64,000 nt of DNA, taken from positions 1 through 64,000 of the forward strand of contig CAVOUE010000012.1 in assembly GCA_963699545.1 (NCBI GenBank). Reading direction: 5' to 3'. A model generated the notes under the pieces. That model was not told the origin of the DNA. It made no database searches and saw only the letters and a program-made list of their open reading frames with translations. Positions 9,118 through 20,037 of the stretch are shown here, in pieces; within the stretch, counting starts at the first letter, position 1; each line of letters begins with the position of its first letter. The position numbers and the translations under genes are program-made. This DNA comes from Nitrospirota bacterium (GTDB lineage: Bacteria; Nitrospirota; Thermodesulfovibrionia; Thermodesulfovibrionales; UBA9159).

Positions 9118-9286
9118 CTGAAACACAACAATGATTATACGAACTTCCTGTTTGCTGTCCTCATGGGCTAAATATAGCATAGCCGGGGAAAATTCTTAAA
9201 GGGCAATATTCAATAAAATCAACAGGGCAAGATATTCTACTTTTCGCATTTTGCGGTCATAAGGACTAAAGGCGAAGTTCGTATAA
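9118..9286. repeat. Perfect 13-bp inverted repeat; left copy lies in a 28-bp dif-like site
   Basis: TTATACGAACTTC (9135-9147) / GAAGTTCGTATAA (9274-9286); minus 9145-9118 reads AGTTCGTATAA TCATTG TTGTGTTTCAG. Confidence 0.7.
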
Positions 9287-9486
9287 CATGGAAAATTTGT
9301 GCGGCCTTGATTCCGGGAGTACTTTGCAGTCCTCGATCTGATGCCGTCAGCGCGGGTTTCAGGAAGGAAATCGCAAGGGCGTTGGGATCAATTTTTAGAG
9401 GGAAAGCCGCCCCTGCGGACCTATCATCTTCCTGCCTTCCGGACCATGCTGCTTCTGCACGTTTCCACTTGACCGGATTCTTTCAC

Positions 9487-9515
9487 TTGACAGGGTTTTC
9501 CCAAAGTGTTATTCT
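9487..9515 (+). promoter_or_regulatory. Sigma70-type promoter of the DEAD-box helicase
   Basis: TTGACA-17 nt-TATTCT with extended -10 TG. Confidence 0.6.
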
Positions 9516-9614
9516 TAAGCATCAAAATAACTGCAGTACCCGGATGAAAACTACGTCGTTGTACTCCACCATACAACCTGGCTTTTTTCCCCGAACGCAG
9601 AAAAAAGGAGTCTT

Positions 9615-10839
9615 ATGGAATTTCAAACGTTTAATTTTCACCCCCACATCGCTGCCGGGGTAAAGGCAGCTGGCTTTGTAACGCCAACACCGATCCAGGA
9701 ACAGGCGATCCCGCCGGTCCTCCAGGGAAAGGACGTCATGGGCCTTGCCCAGACCGGCACGGGCAAGACAGCGGTCTTCGTGCTGCCGATCCTGGAGCGG
9801 CTGATAAGCGGACCGCGCGGCCGTATCCGCGCCCTCGTCATTGCGCCGACGCGCGAGCTGGCAGAGCAGATCAACACCGCCGTCGGGCATCTGGGCCGCC
9901 AGACACGGCTGCGGAGCATCACTATTTACGGCGGCGTGAGCTATGAACCCGCAGATACAGAAGCTGCGCGCCGGTGTCGAGATCGTCGTGGCCTGTCCGG
10001 GCCGCCTGCTCGATCATATCAATCAGGGAACGATCAACCTTTCGGGCGTAGAAGTGCTCGTCCTGGACGAGGCGGACCGCATGTTCGACATGGGCTTCCT
10101 GCCTGATATCCGGAAGATCATCAGACACGTGCCTGCCAGGCGACAGACGCTGTTGTTCTCGGCAACCATGCCCGATGATATCCGGCGGCTGGCCCACGAG
10201 GTCCTGCACGCCCCGGTCACGGTGCAGGTCAATCACGCCGCGCCCGCAAGCACGGTCTCGCATGCCCTCTACCCGGTCGATCAGCACCTCAAGACCGCGC
10301 TCCTCCTCGAACTGCTGCGGCATACCGACACGGAGTCGGTCCTGATCTTCACGCGCACCAAGCACCGCGCCAAGCGCGTGGGGCAGCAACTGGAAAAGGC
10401 CGGCTACCGGGCCGCATCGCTTCAGGGGAACCTGTCGCAGAACAAGCGCCAGGCGGCGCTGGACGGGTTCCGGGACGGCTCATACCAGATCCTTGTGGCG
10501 ACCGACATCGCGGCCCGCGGCATCGATGTCTCAAGCATATCCCACGTCATCAACTACGACATGCCGGATACGACCGACGCGTACACGCACCGGATCGGCC
10601 GCACCGGCCGGGCTGCGAAGACCGGCGATGCCTTCACGTTCATTACCCGTGAAGACGAGGACACGGTGCGCAGCATCGAGCGCGTCCTCGGCGAAAAGAT
10701 AGAGCGTCGCACTGCTGGAAGGCTTCGATTACGAAAAGCCCGCGCCGGCGCGCGACATCGAGTTTGCCCGCCCGCGCGCGTGAACCGCAGCGCCGCCGGA
10801 AGAACGGCAGTGCACAAGTGCGGACTCACTCCCGGGTAG
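9615..10839 (+). CDS. rhlE: DEAD-box RNA helicase (RhlE-like); frameshifts near 9940 and 10715, 3' end uncertain
   Basis: PTPIQ, AQTGTGKT, PTRELA, LDEADRM, SAT, ARGID, HRIGRTGR. Confidence 0.85.
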
Positions 10840-10987
10840 TGACCCATGGTTCAAAAGCAGGACAACGGTCCGACGGTCCGGTGACACGGAAGCACAAAAG
10901 CTAAACAGTCCACGGGAAAAAGCCCGACAGACATTCCTTCGGCTGACTCAGTGCTTCCCTTGAAAAGAACTGCTCTGCTCAGGAACT

Positions 10988-11482
10988 ATGAGAAACCCAT
11001 TACATAGCAAAGCAAGGGTATCACCGCATATTACCCCCGAGGGGCACAAGCGTTTAAGTGAGGAACTGTCATATTTGTGGAAGGTGAAGCGCCCCCAGGT
11101 CACTCAAGCTGTTGCTGAAGCTGCTGCCATGGGGGATCGTTCTGAGAACGCGGAATACATTTACGGAAAAAAACAGTTACGGCAGATCGATTCCCGCATT
11201 CGTTTTCTTGCAAAGAGATTGAGCGAACTGATTGTCGTGGACAGGATACCTGATAATACTTCAAAGGTGTTCTTTGGCGCATGGGTCGCACTTGAGGATA
11301 CTGACGGGAACGTACAACGGTATCGCATCGTCGGCCCTGACGAGATCGATCCTGACAGGAGTTTCATCAGCATTGATTCACCCATGGCCAAGGCATTGCT
11401 GGGAAGGGCAGAGGGAGACGAGGTTATAGTGTCCAGACCTAACGGCACTGCTGCTTTTCTTGTGACATCCATCCATTATTAA
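10988..11482 (+). CDS. greB: Transcription elongation factor GreB
   Basis: ITPEG, LWKVKRPQVT, GDRSENAEYIYGKK, ISIDSPMAKALLG. Confidence 0.92.
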   Translation: MRNPLHSKARVSPHITPEGHKRLSEELSYLWKVKRPQVTQAVAEAAAMGDRSENAEYIYGKKQLRQIDSRIRFLAKRLSELIVVDRIPDNTSKVFFGAWVALEDTDGNVQRYRIVGPDEIDPDRSFISIDSPMAKALLGRAEGDEVIVSRPNGTAAFLVTSIHY

Positions 11483-11577
11483 GTGCACTGTCTGCCCCGC
11501 GCTCTTAGTTCAAGTGTTTTGCCTTCTCTGCTATAATCTTATTGGTTGTATCCTATGCATGCCACAAGGAGCCGGAC

Positions 11578-12555
11578 ATGAAAAGAAGTGCAGGGCTCAC
11601 AGTCCTATCGCTGCTGGTCCTCTCGGGTTGCGCCTTCAACTTTTCCCTGACGCCAGGGATGAAACCCCTTGAAGAGAAGGTGATCGAGGGTGAGGGCTCG
11701 CCCAAGATACTCCTTGTGGACCTTGACGGCGTAATCTCATTCAAGGAGGAAACCGACCGCCTGAAGCTCAGGACAAGGCCCTCGAAAGTCGCCTTTTTCA
11801 GGGAAGCACTCCGCAAGGCCGAGGCGGACCCTGACATCGCCGGCGTGATCGTGAGGATCAACTCGCCGGGAGGCAGCGTTACCGCAAGCGACACCGTATA
11901 CCATGAGATCATGAGTTACAGGAAAAAGAAGAAGGTACCTGTGAACGCCTATATAATGGAGCTGGGCGCCTCGGGAGGGTATTACATCGCAGCAGCAGCC
12001 GACCGTATCATTGCAAGTCCGACCGCGGTCACGGGCAGTATAGGAGTCATCGCCATGAAGTTCAACGTCGAGGGGCTTCTTGCGAAGATAGGGGTATCGG
12101 AGGAGACCTATAAGTCAGGACCGAAAAAGGACTTCTGGTCTCCCTTCCGTCCCAGCACGGATGAAGAGAAGAGGATGTTCCAGGATATAATCGACCGGCT
12201 GTATGCCCGCTTCGTCGGGGTGGTCTTCGCGAACAGGCAGAAGGTTCTCACCGAAGGAGAGGTGAGGGCCCTTGCAGACGGGCGCGTGCTTACCGCCGGG
12301 GATGCCCTTGAGGCGAGGCTCGTAGACGAGGTAGCATATCTGGACGAGACCGTCGAGGCGATGAAAGAGTCTCTCAATATTCAGCAGGCCAGAGTGATAA
12401 CCTATGTCCGCCCCAAGGCCTTCAAGTCGAACATATACTCAGAATATGACGACCTGCCCCCGTCGGGCCCACAGGTCGTAAACCTCATTTCCATAAACGC
12501 GGAGGACCTTCCCTTCTTCTCGGGGGTGCAGTTCATGTACCTCTGGAACCCTTAG
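11578..12555 (+). CDS. sppA: Signal peptide peptidase SppA (S49), lipoprotein
   Basis: LSGC lipobox, RINSPGGS, ASGGYYIA, TGSIGV. Confidence 0.9.
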   Translation: MKRSAGLTVLSLLVLSGCAFNFSLTPGMKPLEEKVIEGEGSPKILLVDLDGVISFKEETDRLKLRTRPSKVAFFREALRKAEADPDIAGVIVRINSPGGSVTASDTVYHEIMSYRKKKKVPVNAYIMELGASGGYYIAAAADRIIASPTAVTGSIGVIAMKFNVEGLLAKIGVSEETYKSGPKKDFWSPFRPSTDEEKRMFQDIIDRLYARFVGVVFANRQKVLTEGEVRALADGRVLTAGDALEARLVDEVAYLDETVEAMKESLNIQQARVITYVRPKAFKSNIYSEYDDLPPSGPQVVNLISINAEDLPFFSGVQFMYLWNP

Positions 12556-12844
12556 GGCTGATCAGTATTTGAGGAAGAGGGGCGTATGAATTTTCGGCTT
12601 TTTATTTTCTTTCCCTTTCGTATGATACGGACAGCGGCATATGGCGCAACGCGAATCGCAGCAGTACTGGCAGAAGGTGCAGTCAGGACACGGGTTCTTT
12701 TGCTGGCCCTTCTTCTCCATGGATATATTTTACAACCTTTCCCTGCAAAGAAACTACCGCGTTGTTCTCCCTATGAGCTGCGGGCCTTGAAGAAATACAC
12801 TTTTTCAAGACAGAGCCCATCTTGTTCTGTATAATAAACGTAGG

Positions 12845-13330
12845 ATGGCGATGCAAGAGTCATATGAATACAAGAACGACTTTCTCTATTTCGTCATACG
12901 CCCTGATGAAAGCAGGGGTAAGGGCGCACTGGTATATTGTTCAGGTGTTAATATAGTCCGCTTTTCCGCCATTACAAGGGGGCGACATGGTATTGGTAAT
13001 CCTTCCATGAGGGGACTTCAACTGGTGAACTTCGGGGTCAGGGCCCTGGCACTGGCAAAAGGAGCAACCCCCAGGGCGCTTCGGGGGAATGACTGCGCAG
13101 GGATCGCTCCTACAAAGGAGACCTGGTATACCGAGCTTTTGTTGATAGAGAATGCGTCAGGGTCATTCCCTGATGAGATGATCAATTACTGCGTTATCAA
13201 CCTTCTCAGGAAAATATTCAAGGCCTGCATGCTGGAAGTGGAGCTGCCTGACACATTACCTGCTCCCGGTGATCTTCAGGACTTTCTTGAGCCGCTGTGC
13301 AGGAAATACGGCGGGGAATCAGAACCATGA
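12845..13330 (+). CDS. Hypothetical protein
   Basis: 161-aa ORF preceded by TATAAT; no family recognised. Confidence 0.65.
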   Translation: MAMQESYEYKNDFLYFVIRPDESRGKGALVYCSGVNIVRFSAITRGRHGIGNPSMRGLQLVNFGVRALALAKGATPRALRGNDCAGIAPTKETWYTELLLIENASGSFPDEMINYCVINLLRKIFKACMLEVELPDTLPAPGDLQDFLEPLCRKYGGESEP

Positions 13331-13490
13331 TTTGAATTCAGCGAAGGCCCGCTTCACTGCCTCCAACTCGGCTCCAAGCCTTGCGATCTCTTCTTTCCCG
13401 TCTGATGATCCTCTCGTGCGTCAGGGTCGCCGAGAATGCGGTCCTCCGCGGCATCAAGAACGCCATTCATAGTTATGTTCCCCGACGAGC

Positions 13491-14300
13491 CTATTTCTTA
13501 AATATCATAGCAAGGAACCTCCGCAGTTCTTCCCATGACTTCTTGTCTGCTTCTGCGTTATATCCGAGCGGGAGATTGAATTTCTTCGCATACTCATCCG
13601 CATCAGGGTTGGTGAAGCTGTGGATAGCTCCCGGATAAGCGATAAAACGGAAATCGGCTCCGGCATCTTTCATTTCCTTTCTGAATGCCTCGATCTGCTC
13701 AGGAGTAACGAACTTGTCATCCGCTCCGTGCAGGACAAGGATTTTGGCTTTCACGCCGCCGGGCTGAGCAGGCTTCACTGCAGCAAGACCTCCGTGGAAG
13801 CTTGCCACGCCCTTTCAGATCAACGCCCTGGCGCGCCATATTGAGCACAACACCTCCGCCAAAGCAATACCCGATGGCAGCGATCTGCTCCGGAGTCGAC
13901 AGTGGGCTGCTTCTTTAAGAAACTCCATTGCGGCCATGAAACGGCCTTTCGCCGTGTCGAAGTTCTTCATGAGCTCTGACGAGAATCTACCTGCATCATC
14001 AGGGTGCATCGCCTGCTTTCCGTCTCCGTACATGTCTACGGCAAGGGCGGTATAGCCCATCTCTGCCAGCATGCGCGCACGCTTCCGTGCGTACTCATTA
14101 TGTCCCCACCATTCATGGACCACGAGCACACCCGGTCTCTTGCCCGGGATATTCTTGTCATACGCAAGATACCCCTTCATCACCACACCCCCGGAACTGT
14201 ATTCCACGGCCTTGCCCTCGATCTCCGGCTTTGCCGAAGCAAAACCCGCAAACACCAATACCAATGCACCAGTAACCAGCGTGATCAATGTCTCTTTCAT
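13491..14300 (-). CDS. Dienelactone hydrolase family protein, exported; frameshifts ~13810-13920
   Basis: VHEWWGHN, GYCFGG (out of frame), SFHG, HGADD, HSFTNP. Confidence 0.85.
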
Positions 14301-14496
14301 AGTATCCTCCCTCATGTCCATTGTTTTACTCGGATAGTTTCGGTTTGTGAGCCTTTGATTAAAGTGTATCAAAACCCGGATCGAATTCAACTCTTCTTGA
14401 TCGCTGAAGAGAAACTTTTTACCTTCTGAGATAAGTACATGGGAAGGCTGACTTCAGCCGGGACGAACTGGCGTCGAGGAAAAACTGCCTTCCGCG

Positions 14497-15354
14497 TTAT
14501 TTTACCCGTCCCCGCGCTCCCAGTGTCCTGTCGTATTCCTTTCTCTTTTCAGGATTCGCGAGCGTCGAGTATGCGGAGTTTATGCAGGAAAATATCGTAT
14601 TCAGTTTCTGCTTCAGATCATCAGGGAGATCCATATGGAGGTCCGGGTGGAATTCCTTTGCCATGCGAAGATATGATTGCCTGATCTCACCTGCAGCAGC
14701 ATAGTCACGGATACCCAGGAACCTGTAATGCCCCAGGCTTTTATGCCATGTATACACATAATTGATCCTGTCAACGAACTCCTGAGGGATGTCGACCGGC
14801 CGCTGCGGAGCGGTCTGCTCATTGTCAGGCCTCTTTTCCTTCTCCGGCTCGCCGGGTCCGGACGACTGTATGTGTTCAGACTTCTTTGTTTCGAAGGTGA
14901 AGCCGCGTTTCCTGGCAAAGTCCTCGACGGCCAGAAAATGCCTGCCGTCAAACAAGGTAAGGCTTTTAAACAGTCTGGCCGTGTCCGGGTTCGAGAGCGT
15001 TATTGCGGTGATGTAGTGCTGATCGGCGGCGCTGCTCTCGATACCGATTGCGGCCTCAAAGGCCTCCTCCAGTGTCAGCCTCTCCGCGGATTTCAGGAGA
15101 AGATCGGCATGGGACAATATCTTTTCTATTTCGGAGATGTCGACGTCCACTTCTTTAAAACGTGCCGGATCCGCCGTAACCTGGCGGCGCTGAAACCGCA
15201 CGAGGTCAGCATGTGCACCCTCATCAACGCTCATCTGATAAAAAAAGACCGACGCCTCCGCATCGTTCTGAAATCTCTCGCTGAACCGTTTGTAGAGTTC
15301 AGACAACCGGGTTTCCAGTTTTTCCAGCGGGCCCAGGACCTTTAATAGGTGCAT
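14497..15354 (-). CDS. Ferritin/rubrerythrin-like domain fused to a C-terminal DnaJ domain
   Basis: LYKRFSERF...DEGAHAD; C-terminal HYRFLGI...KEFHPD...AYSTLANPEKRKEYD. Confidence 0.8.
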   Translation of the reverse strand: MHLLKVLGPLEKLETRLSELYKRFSERFQNDAEASVFFYQMSVDEGAHADLVRFQRRQVTADPARFKEVDVDISEIEKILSHADLLLKSAERLTLEEAFEAAIGIESSAADQHYITAITLSNPDTARLFKSLTLFDGRHFLAVEDFARKRGFTFETKKSEHIQSSGPGEPEKEKRPDNEQTAPQRPVDIPQEFVDRINYVYTWHKSLGHYRFLGIRDYAAAGEIRQSYLRMAKEFHPDLHMDLPDDLKQKLNTIFSCINSAYSTLANPEKRKEYDRTLGARGRVK

Positions 15355-15622
15355 ATATGTTCCGGGGAAAGGGTCCTTGCGTTCATGCAGTAATTATATT
15401 CCAAATATCGCCGGATTGATAGAACGAGGATGCATTGCCTGTCCGTTCGCTGACCTTGGTCTCTCGTACATATTGCGCGCTTCTCCGCTGTGATACTTTG
15501 GCACTTTGGAACATTTGAGCTATTGCACTTTTGCGCTGTTCCGGCATATGATATTCTCGAGAGTATCCCGGGGACGGTTTGAAGCGAACCATGTGATTCA
15601 CATGGAATCAAGAGGCAACCAA

Positions 15623-17041
15623 ATGCCGGAAACTGATGTCGTAGAGGTGGAAAGCGACATCCCACCCCGCCTTGACCGCCTTCCGTGGACGAGCTGGCAC
15701 ACAAAAGTGGTTTTTGCCCTGGGGTTCGCCTGGCTGCTGGATTCGCTCGAGTCAAGCATTATCGGCAGTGTTCTCGGTATCCTGAAAAAGATCTGGCAAT
15801 TCACTCCCCTGCAGGGCTCCATGACCGTAAGCGCCTGGCTGATCGGTATCATGGTAGGCGCCGTCGTCTTCGGCTTTTTGGCAGACCGCTATGGCCGGAA
15901 ACCGCTGTTCATAATAACCCTTCTGTGGTACGCGCTCTTTACGGTAGGCTGCGCCTTTTCCCATGACATATGGCTGTTCATCTTCTTCAGGTTCATGGCT
16001 GCCCTGGGCATAGGCGGAGAATATGCGGCTATCAGTTCTGCTGTTGTTGAGTTCGTTCCCCGAAAGATGAGGGGAAGGATAGATGCGTTCATCATGTCGC
16101 TCTGGCCGATCGGAGCAATAGCTTCTGCATTACTGGTGCTGATTGCCCTGCAGCTTTTCCCGCCGGAAATAGCCTGGCGGGTCGGGTTCTTACTCGCCGT
16201 TGTACTCGCTGTTTTTGCGCTTGTCGTTCGCAGACTCCTCCCTGAATCTCCGCGGTGGCTGATCGACAAGAAACGGTTTAAAGAGGCCGAGAACATCGTA
16301 ACTTCCATCGAAATACAGGTAATGAAAAAGAGGGGCTTGGAAGAATTACCGGAAGTCAGGCTGGTCACGATTCATCCCGGAACCTCCACTATGTGGCATC
16401 AGACAAAAGAATTATTTACCCTGTACCCCTGGAGGGTGGCTTTAGGGGCGGCCTTGAATTTCTCACAGGTCGCACTGGGCTATGGTTCCATTGCATTCGC
16501 CTCTTTGGTGCTTTTCCCCATGACGAAAACCCCGCCGGCAGATGTACCCTTCTATATGATGATTGCCTTTTTGTGCGCATTTGCCGGTGGATTGACGTCT
16601 GTGATCATGGTGGACGGTATCGGACGAAAGACTACAGGGATACTCTCTTTCTTGAGCTACCCTGTTTCGGCCATAAGCATGATCTTTGTCAAAACCTCCG
16701 GTGATGCACTGCTTTCCCTGTGCTTTATGCAGTATAGCTATACATGGGCCTGGGTCACGGAATATGTGATCAAGTCTGAAATTTTTCCGACACATTCGCG
16801 GGCAGCGGGCATCGGCTGGGCCACTTCTTTTGGAAGGCTCGGGGGAATCGTTGCGGCACCTGTCCTTACAGGTATCTATCAGACAACCAACTCAATTGCG
16901 TATGTATCGTACGCTCTTGCCCTCCTCATATCGCCGGGATGGATCGCGTGCATTTTCTGGGCGGCCAAGGGTGTTGAAGGAAAGCACCAGGCCCTCGAGG
17001 AATTAGTGAAAAAAGGGGGATCAAACGAGGGTCAGACCTGA
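15623..17041 (+). CDS. MFS transporter
   Basis: LADRYGRK, GIGGEY, PESPRWL, DGIGRK, SEIFPT; many TM segments. Confidence 0.9.
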   Translation: MPETDVVEVESDIPPRLDRLPWTSWHTKVVFALGFAWLLDSLESSIIGSVLGILKKIWQFTPLQGSMTVSAWLIGIMVGAVVFGFLADRYGRKPLFIITLLWYALFTVGCAFSHDIWLFIFFRFMAALGIGGEYAAISSAVVEFVPRKMRGRIDAFIMSLWPIGAIASALLVLIALQLFPPEIAWRVGFLLAVVLAVFALVVRRLLPESPRWLIDKKRFKEAENIVTSIEIQVMKKRGLEELPEVRLVTIHPGTSTMWHQTKELFTLYPWRVALGAALNFSQVALGYGSIAFASLVLFPMTKTPPADVPFYMMIAFLCAFAGGLTSVIMVDGIGRKTTGILSFLSYPVSAISMIFVKTSGDALLSLCFMQYSYTWAWVTEYVIKSEIFPTHSRAAGIGWATSFGRLGGIVAAPVLTGIYQTTNSIAYVSYALALLISPGWIACIFWAAKGVEGKHQALEELVKKGGSNEGQT

Positions 17042-17097
17042 GAGCTGATGTTCTCGATAAAAATGCGCAGCACCGTGTTGGGAGCGCACTATGCCGG

Positions 17098-18166
17098 TTA
17101 ATAGTAAATTAGCTTTCTTTCCAGGTCGGTCGAGCGGGAAATCCGCTTTGCCTCATCAAGGGTTATGACTTCCTGTCTGCAGAGCTGGATCAGATGCTGG
17201 TCCAGGGTCTGCATATGATATTCATCACGCCCTTTTTCAATGTACTGCTCAATCTCATCGAGGTGACCATCCCGGATACATGCCTTGATGGTGGACGTCG
17301 CATACATCACCTCCAGGGCCGGCAGAACGATTTCGCCGCTCTTCCCTCTGTACAAGCCGCAGAGAAACGGTGGCCACGAGGATCTCTGCCAGTCTGTGGC
17401 GGACATTCTCCTGCACCTGGGTGGGGAAGTACCCCACGATGCGGTTGATGGTGGAAGCCGCATTATGCGTATGGAGGGTCGAAAGTACCAGATGCCCTGT
17501 CTCGGCAGCCTTAATGCAGGCGTCAATCGTTTCCAGATCACGCATTTCTCCCACCATGATGACATCGGGGTCCATACGCATGGCCGCTTTTAAGGCCCCG
17601 CCAAAACTCTCGGTGTCGATGCCCACTTCTCTCTGGATAATACAGCTCTTATTTGAATGAAAAATAAACTCGATGGGGTCTTCGATGGTAATAACATTGT
17701 AGTTGAAATTGTCGTTGATATACCGGATCATCGAGGCCAGGGTCGTGGATTTACCGTTGCCGGTGGGTCCGCAGACAAGGATCAGGCCGTTCGGGGCCTT
17801 TGTGATATTCCCCAGTACCGGGGGGAGATTCAGTTCCTCGAACGTGCCGATATGGTGAGGGATGACACGCATCACAAGGCCGATATTGCCCCGCTGACGG
17901 AAGATGCTGACCCGGAAACGACCCACGTTTGACAACGTATAAGAAGTATCAAATTCCGTTAAGTGTTCAGGCAGCTTCCGGCCGTGCTGCTCCATGACGG
18001 TAGAAGCGATAAACTCGGTGTCTTTTTTGGTCAGGTTATTCAGTTTTGAGCGGATCAGGTGCCCGCGGGCCCTGAATATGGGGGGATTGTCCACCTCAAA
18101 GTGGATATCGGAGACCCTCTTTTCAAAAGCGATTTCAAGAATTTGTGTTAAGGTGGCAATGTCCAT
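17098..18166 (-). CDS. pilT: PilT/PilU-family type IV pilus ATPase; frameshift near 17340
   Basis: SDIH, GPTGNGKSTTLA, TIEDPIE, DPDVIMVGEMRD, AAETGHLVLSTLHT, MQTLDQHL. Confidence 0.88.
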
Positions 18167-18218
18167 AGTCGTTTCTCCCTTGATATCATATAGAATTACC
18201 TGTCGGTGTCAGGTCCTC

Positions 18219-20037
18219 TCACTTCTGAGACGCCTTGTTGAGCTGTTTACGATAAAGCGTATTTTCCAGAACCAGGCCGGCCGACTGTGCCAGAATTTCC
18301 AGCACATCACTTTGTACGGGTGACGCCTCTTTCCCGCCGAAATCTCCGTAGGTCAGGGTCACGGTCTTCCCGCGACTCTTCATCGGAAGGAGGATTATCG
18401 TCCGGCTCAGCGGCTCGCCGATCCCCTCAAAGAGATGTTTCCTTAAGACTTCATCTCGCTCTCTCCACAAAAAAGGCTGCTCCCTTTTCAACCACATCAC
18501 GGAAGACCGAAGGCTTTGTCAGAGGGATCTTCAGCCTTGTGACTGAAGTCGGTCCCTCGTTCCTTTTCGGCATACACTCCTATGGCCTTTTCTCCCGATG
18601 AGCTCCGTCGGACGAACAATAAAGGTAATAGACCGTTCACATATTTCAGAGACACTCTGAAGAAGGGCAAGGGACACAGCGGAAGGTTCGTGCAGGTTTC
18701 GAAGGGCCAGCGATGCGGTCTTTGAGCATGCTCAGTTGGCCGTCCGCTGCGACGCCGGGTCTTTCTGCGTCATGGGAAAAGCCCTTGATATAAGATTTGA
18801 AGGTTTCCAGAAATGTTATCGTATCTTCAATGAACGTTGCCTTCCTGACCTCCTTTGAAGGCTTGGGAAAGACCGCCCTGACCCCGTCATGAAAAGACTG
18901 TAACGTAAAGGCATAATCCAGCGGAGAGGCCATCTGAATAATTGAAACCTGCGGATATCGTTCCCTCATCTGCTGACGCAGGCCGACGATCTTTTCTTTG
19001 GAAAGCAACCGTTCCTGTGTTTCGGGGTCATCGAAGACCAGGACGGGCAAGATCTTTATCTTGAGGCACTGGTCTATAATGCGGTCGAGTTCCTCTTCTC
19101 CGTCCGTGGCAAATACGAGGACGCCTTCGTCCTTGCATATGGTCATGACCGAATGTTTGATGAGTTCGTCTTCGCTGAAGAGGATAAGGGCCCTGGTCCG
19201 GCCCTCCTGCCTGTACGAACCGTCATAAGCCCCTCTTCGTTCCGCAGATTCCAGAAAGGAGACAAAGGCCTCCTGCTCTTCGGCCGAAAAAGCGGCAAGT
19301 GTCTCCCTTATCTTCTGGCGGTGGATCTCGACGGGATCAAAAACCTCATTCACCGGAAGATACTGGGGTATTTTTCTCTCAAGGTGGTCGAGATCGCCCA
19401 GACCCAGGTCGTCTGCAGTAATGACAGGGCTTTTCTCGCCGGCTCCCTCAGACGCTTCCGACGGAATCACGTCTGCGAACACTTCTTCATCTGACGGGAC
19501 TGTCTTCCCTGACTGGCGGTCACGTTCCCGTTCGTCAAAAATGCGAAGGGCATCCATCAACACCATCTGGGCATCAAGGCCTATCTCCTGCTCCATCCTG
19601 CTGATGGGATAACTGCATTCAGGAGATACGGCGATGGCCTCAGTGTCAAGGGTGAAGGTTCCCTTTGTCCAGCCTATCAATTCAACAAGGGTCATCTCAA
19701 TCAGCTTCTTCAGTCCCCTGGATGCCTCGTCACTCCCCAGTTTGCCGAGTTCGATGAGGGTGGCAATCAGGGGTTTGCGGTCCTTCCCCGCACGTTTCTG
19801 GACTTCAAGCGCCTGTTCGAGATCTTCAGGGGTTATGGCGTTCATTTTTACCAGGACTGTGCCGATGCGGACCCTGTTGTTGAGATGACTTGCTCCGACA
19901 ATATACCCGTTACTGAAGATAATCCGGCTTTCGCCCTTGCTTCCCTTAACAGAAAAAGTGCCGGACTTCCGCGTCGTATTGAGCAGCTGAATGATGTCAA
20001 CTATGTTTAGTAGTTCTAAGTCTCCGGTAAAGGCCAT
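18219..20037 (-). CDS. DUF4388-domain protein with receiver-like and C-terminal GAF-like regions; frameshifts ~18500-18720
   Basis: MAFTGDLELLNIVDIIQLL...KSGTF, ELIGWTKGTF; C-terminal LTYGDFG...LEILAQSAGLVLEN. Confidence 0.75.

Noticed and set aside
9135-9286. loxP site (TTCGTATA arms)
   Set aside because: The arms are 126 bp apart and in the opposite arrangement to loxP; the ATAAC flanks are absent.
3538-9300. Integron integrase or IS21 transposase gene in the island
   Set aside because: No ORF has tyrosine-recombinase or DDE motifs; the ATPase at 3895 looks like AAA_14/DUF4143, not IstB.
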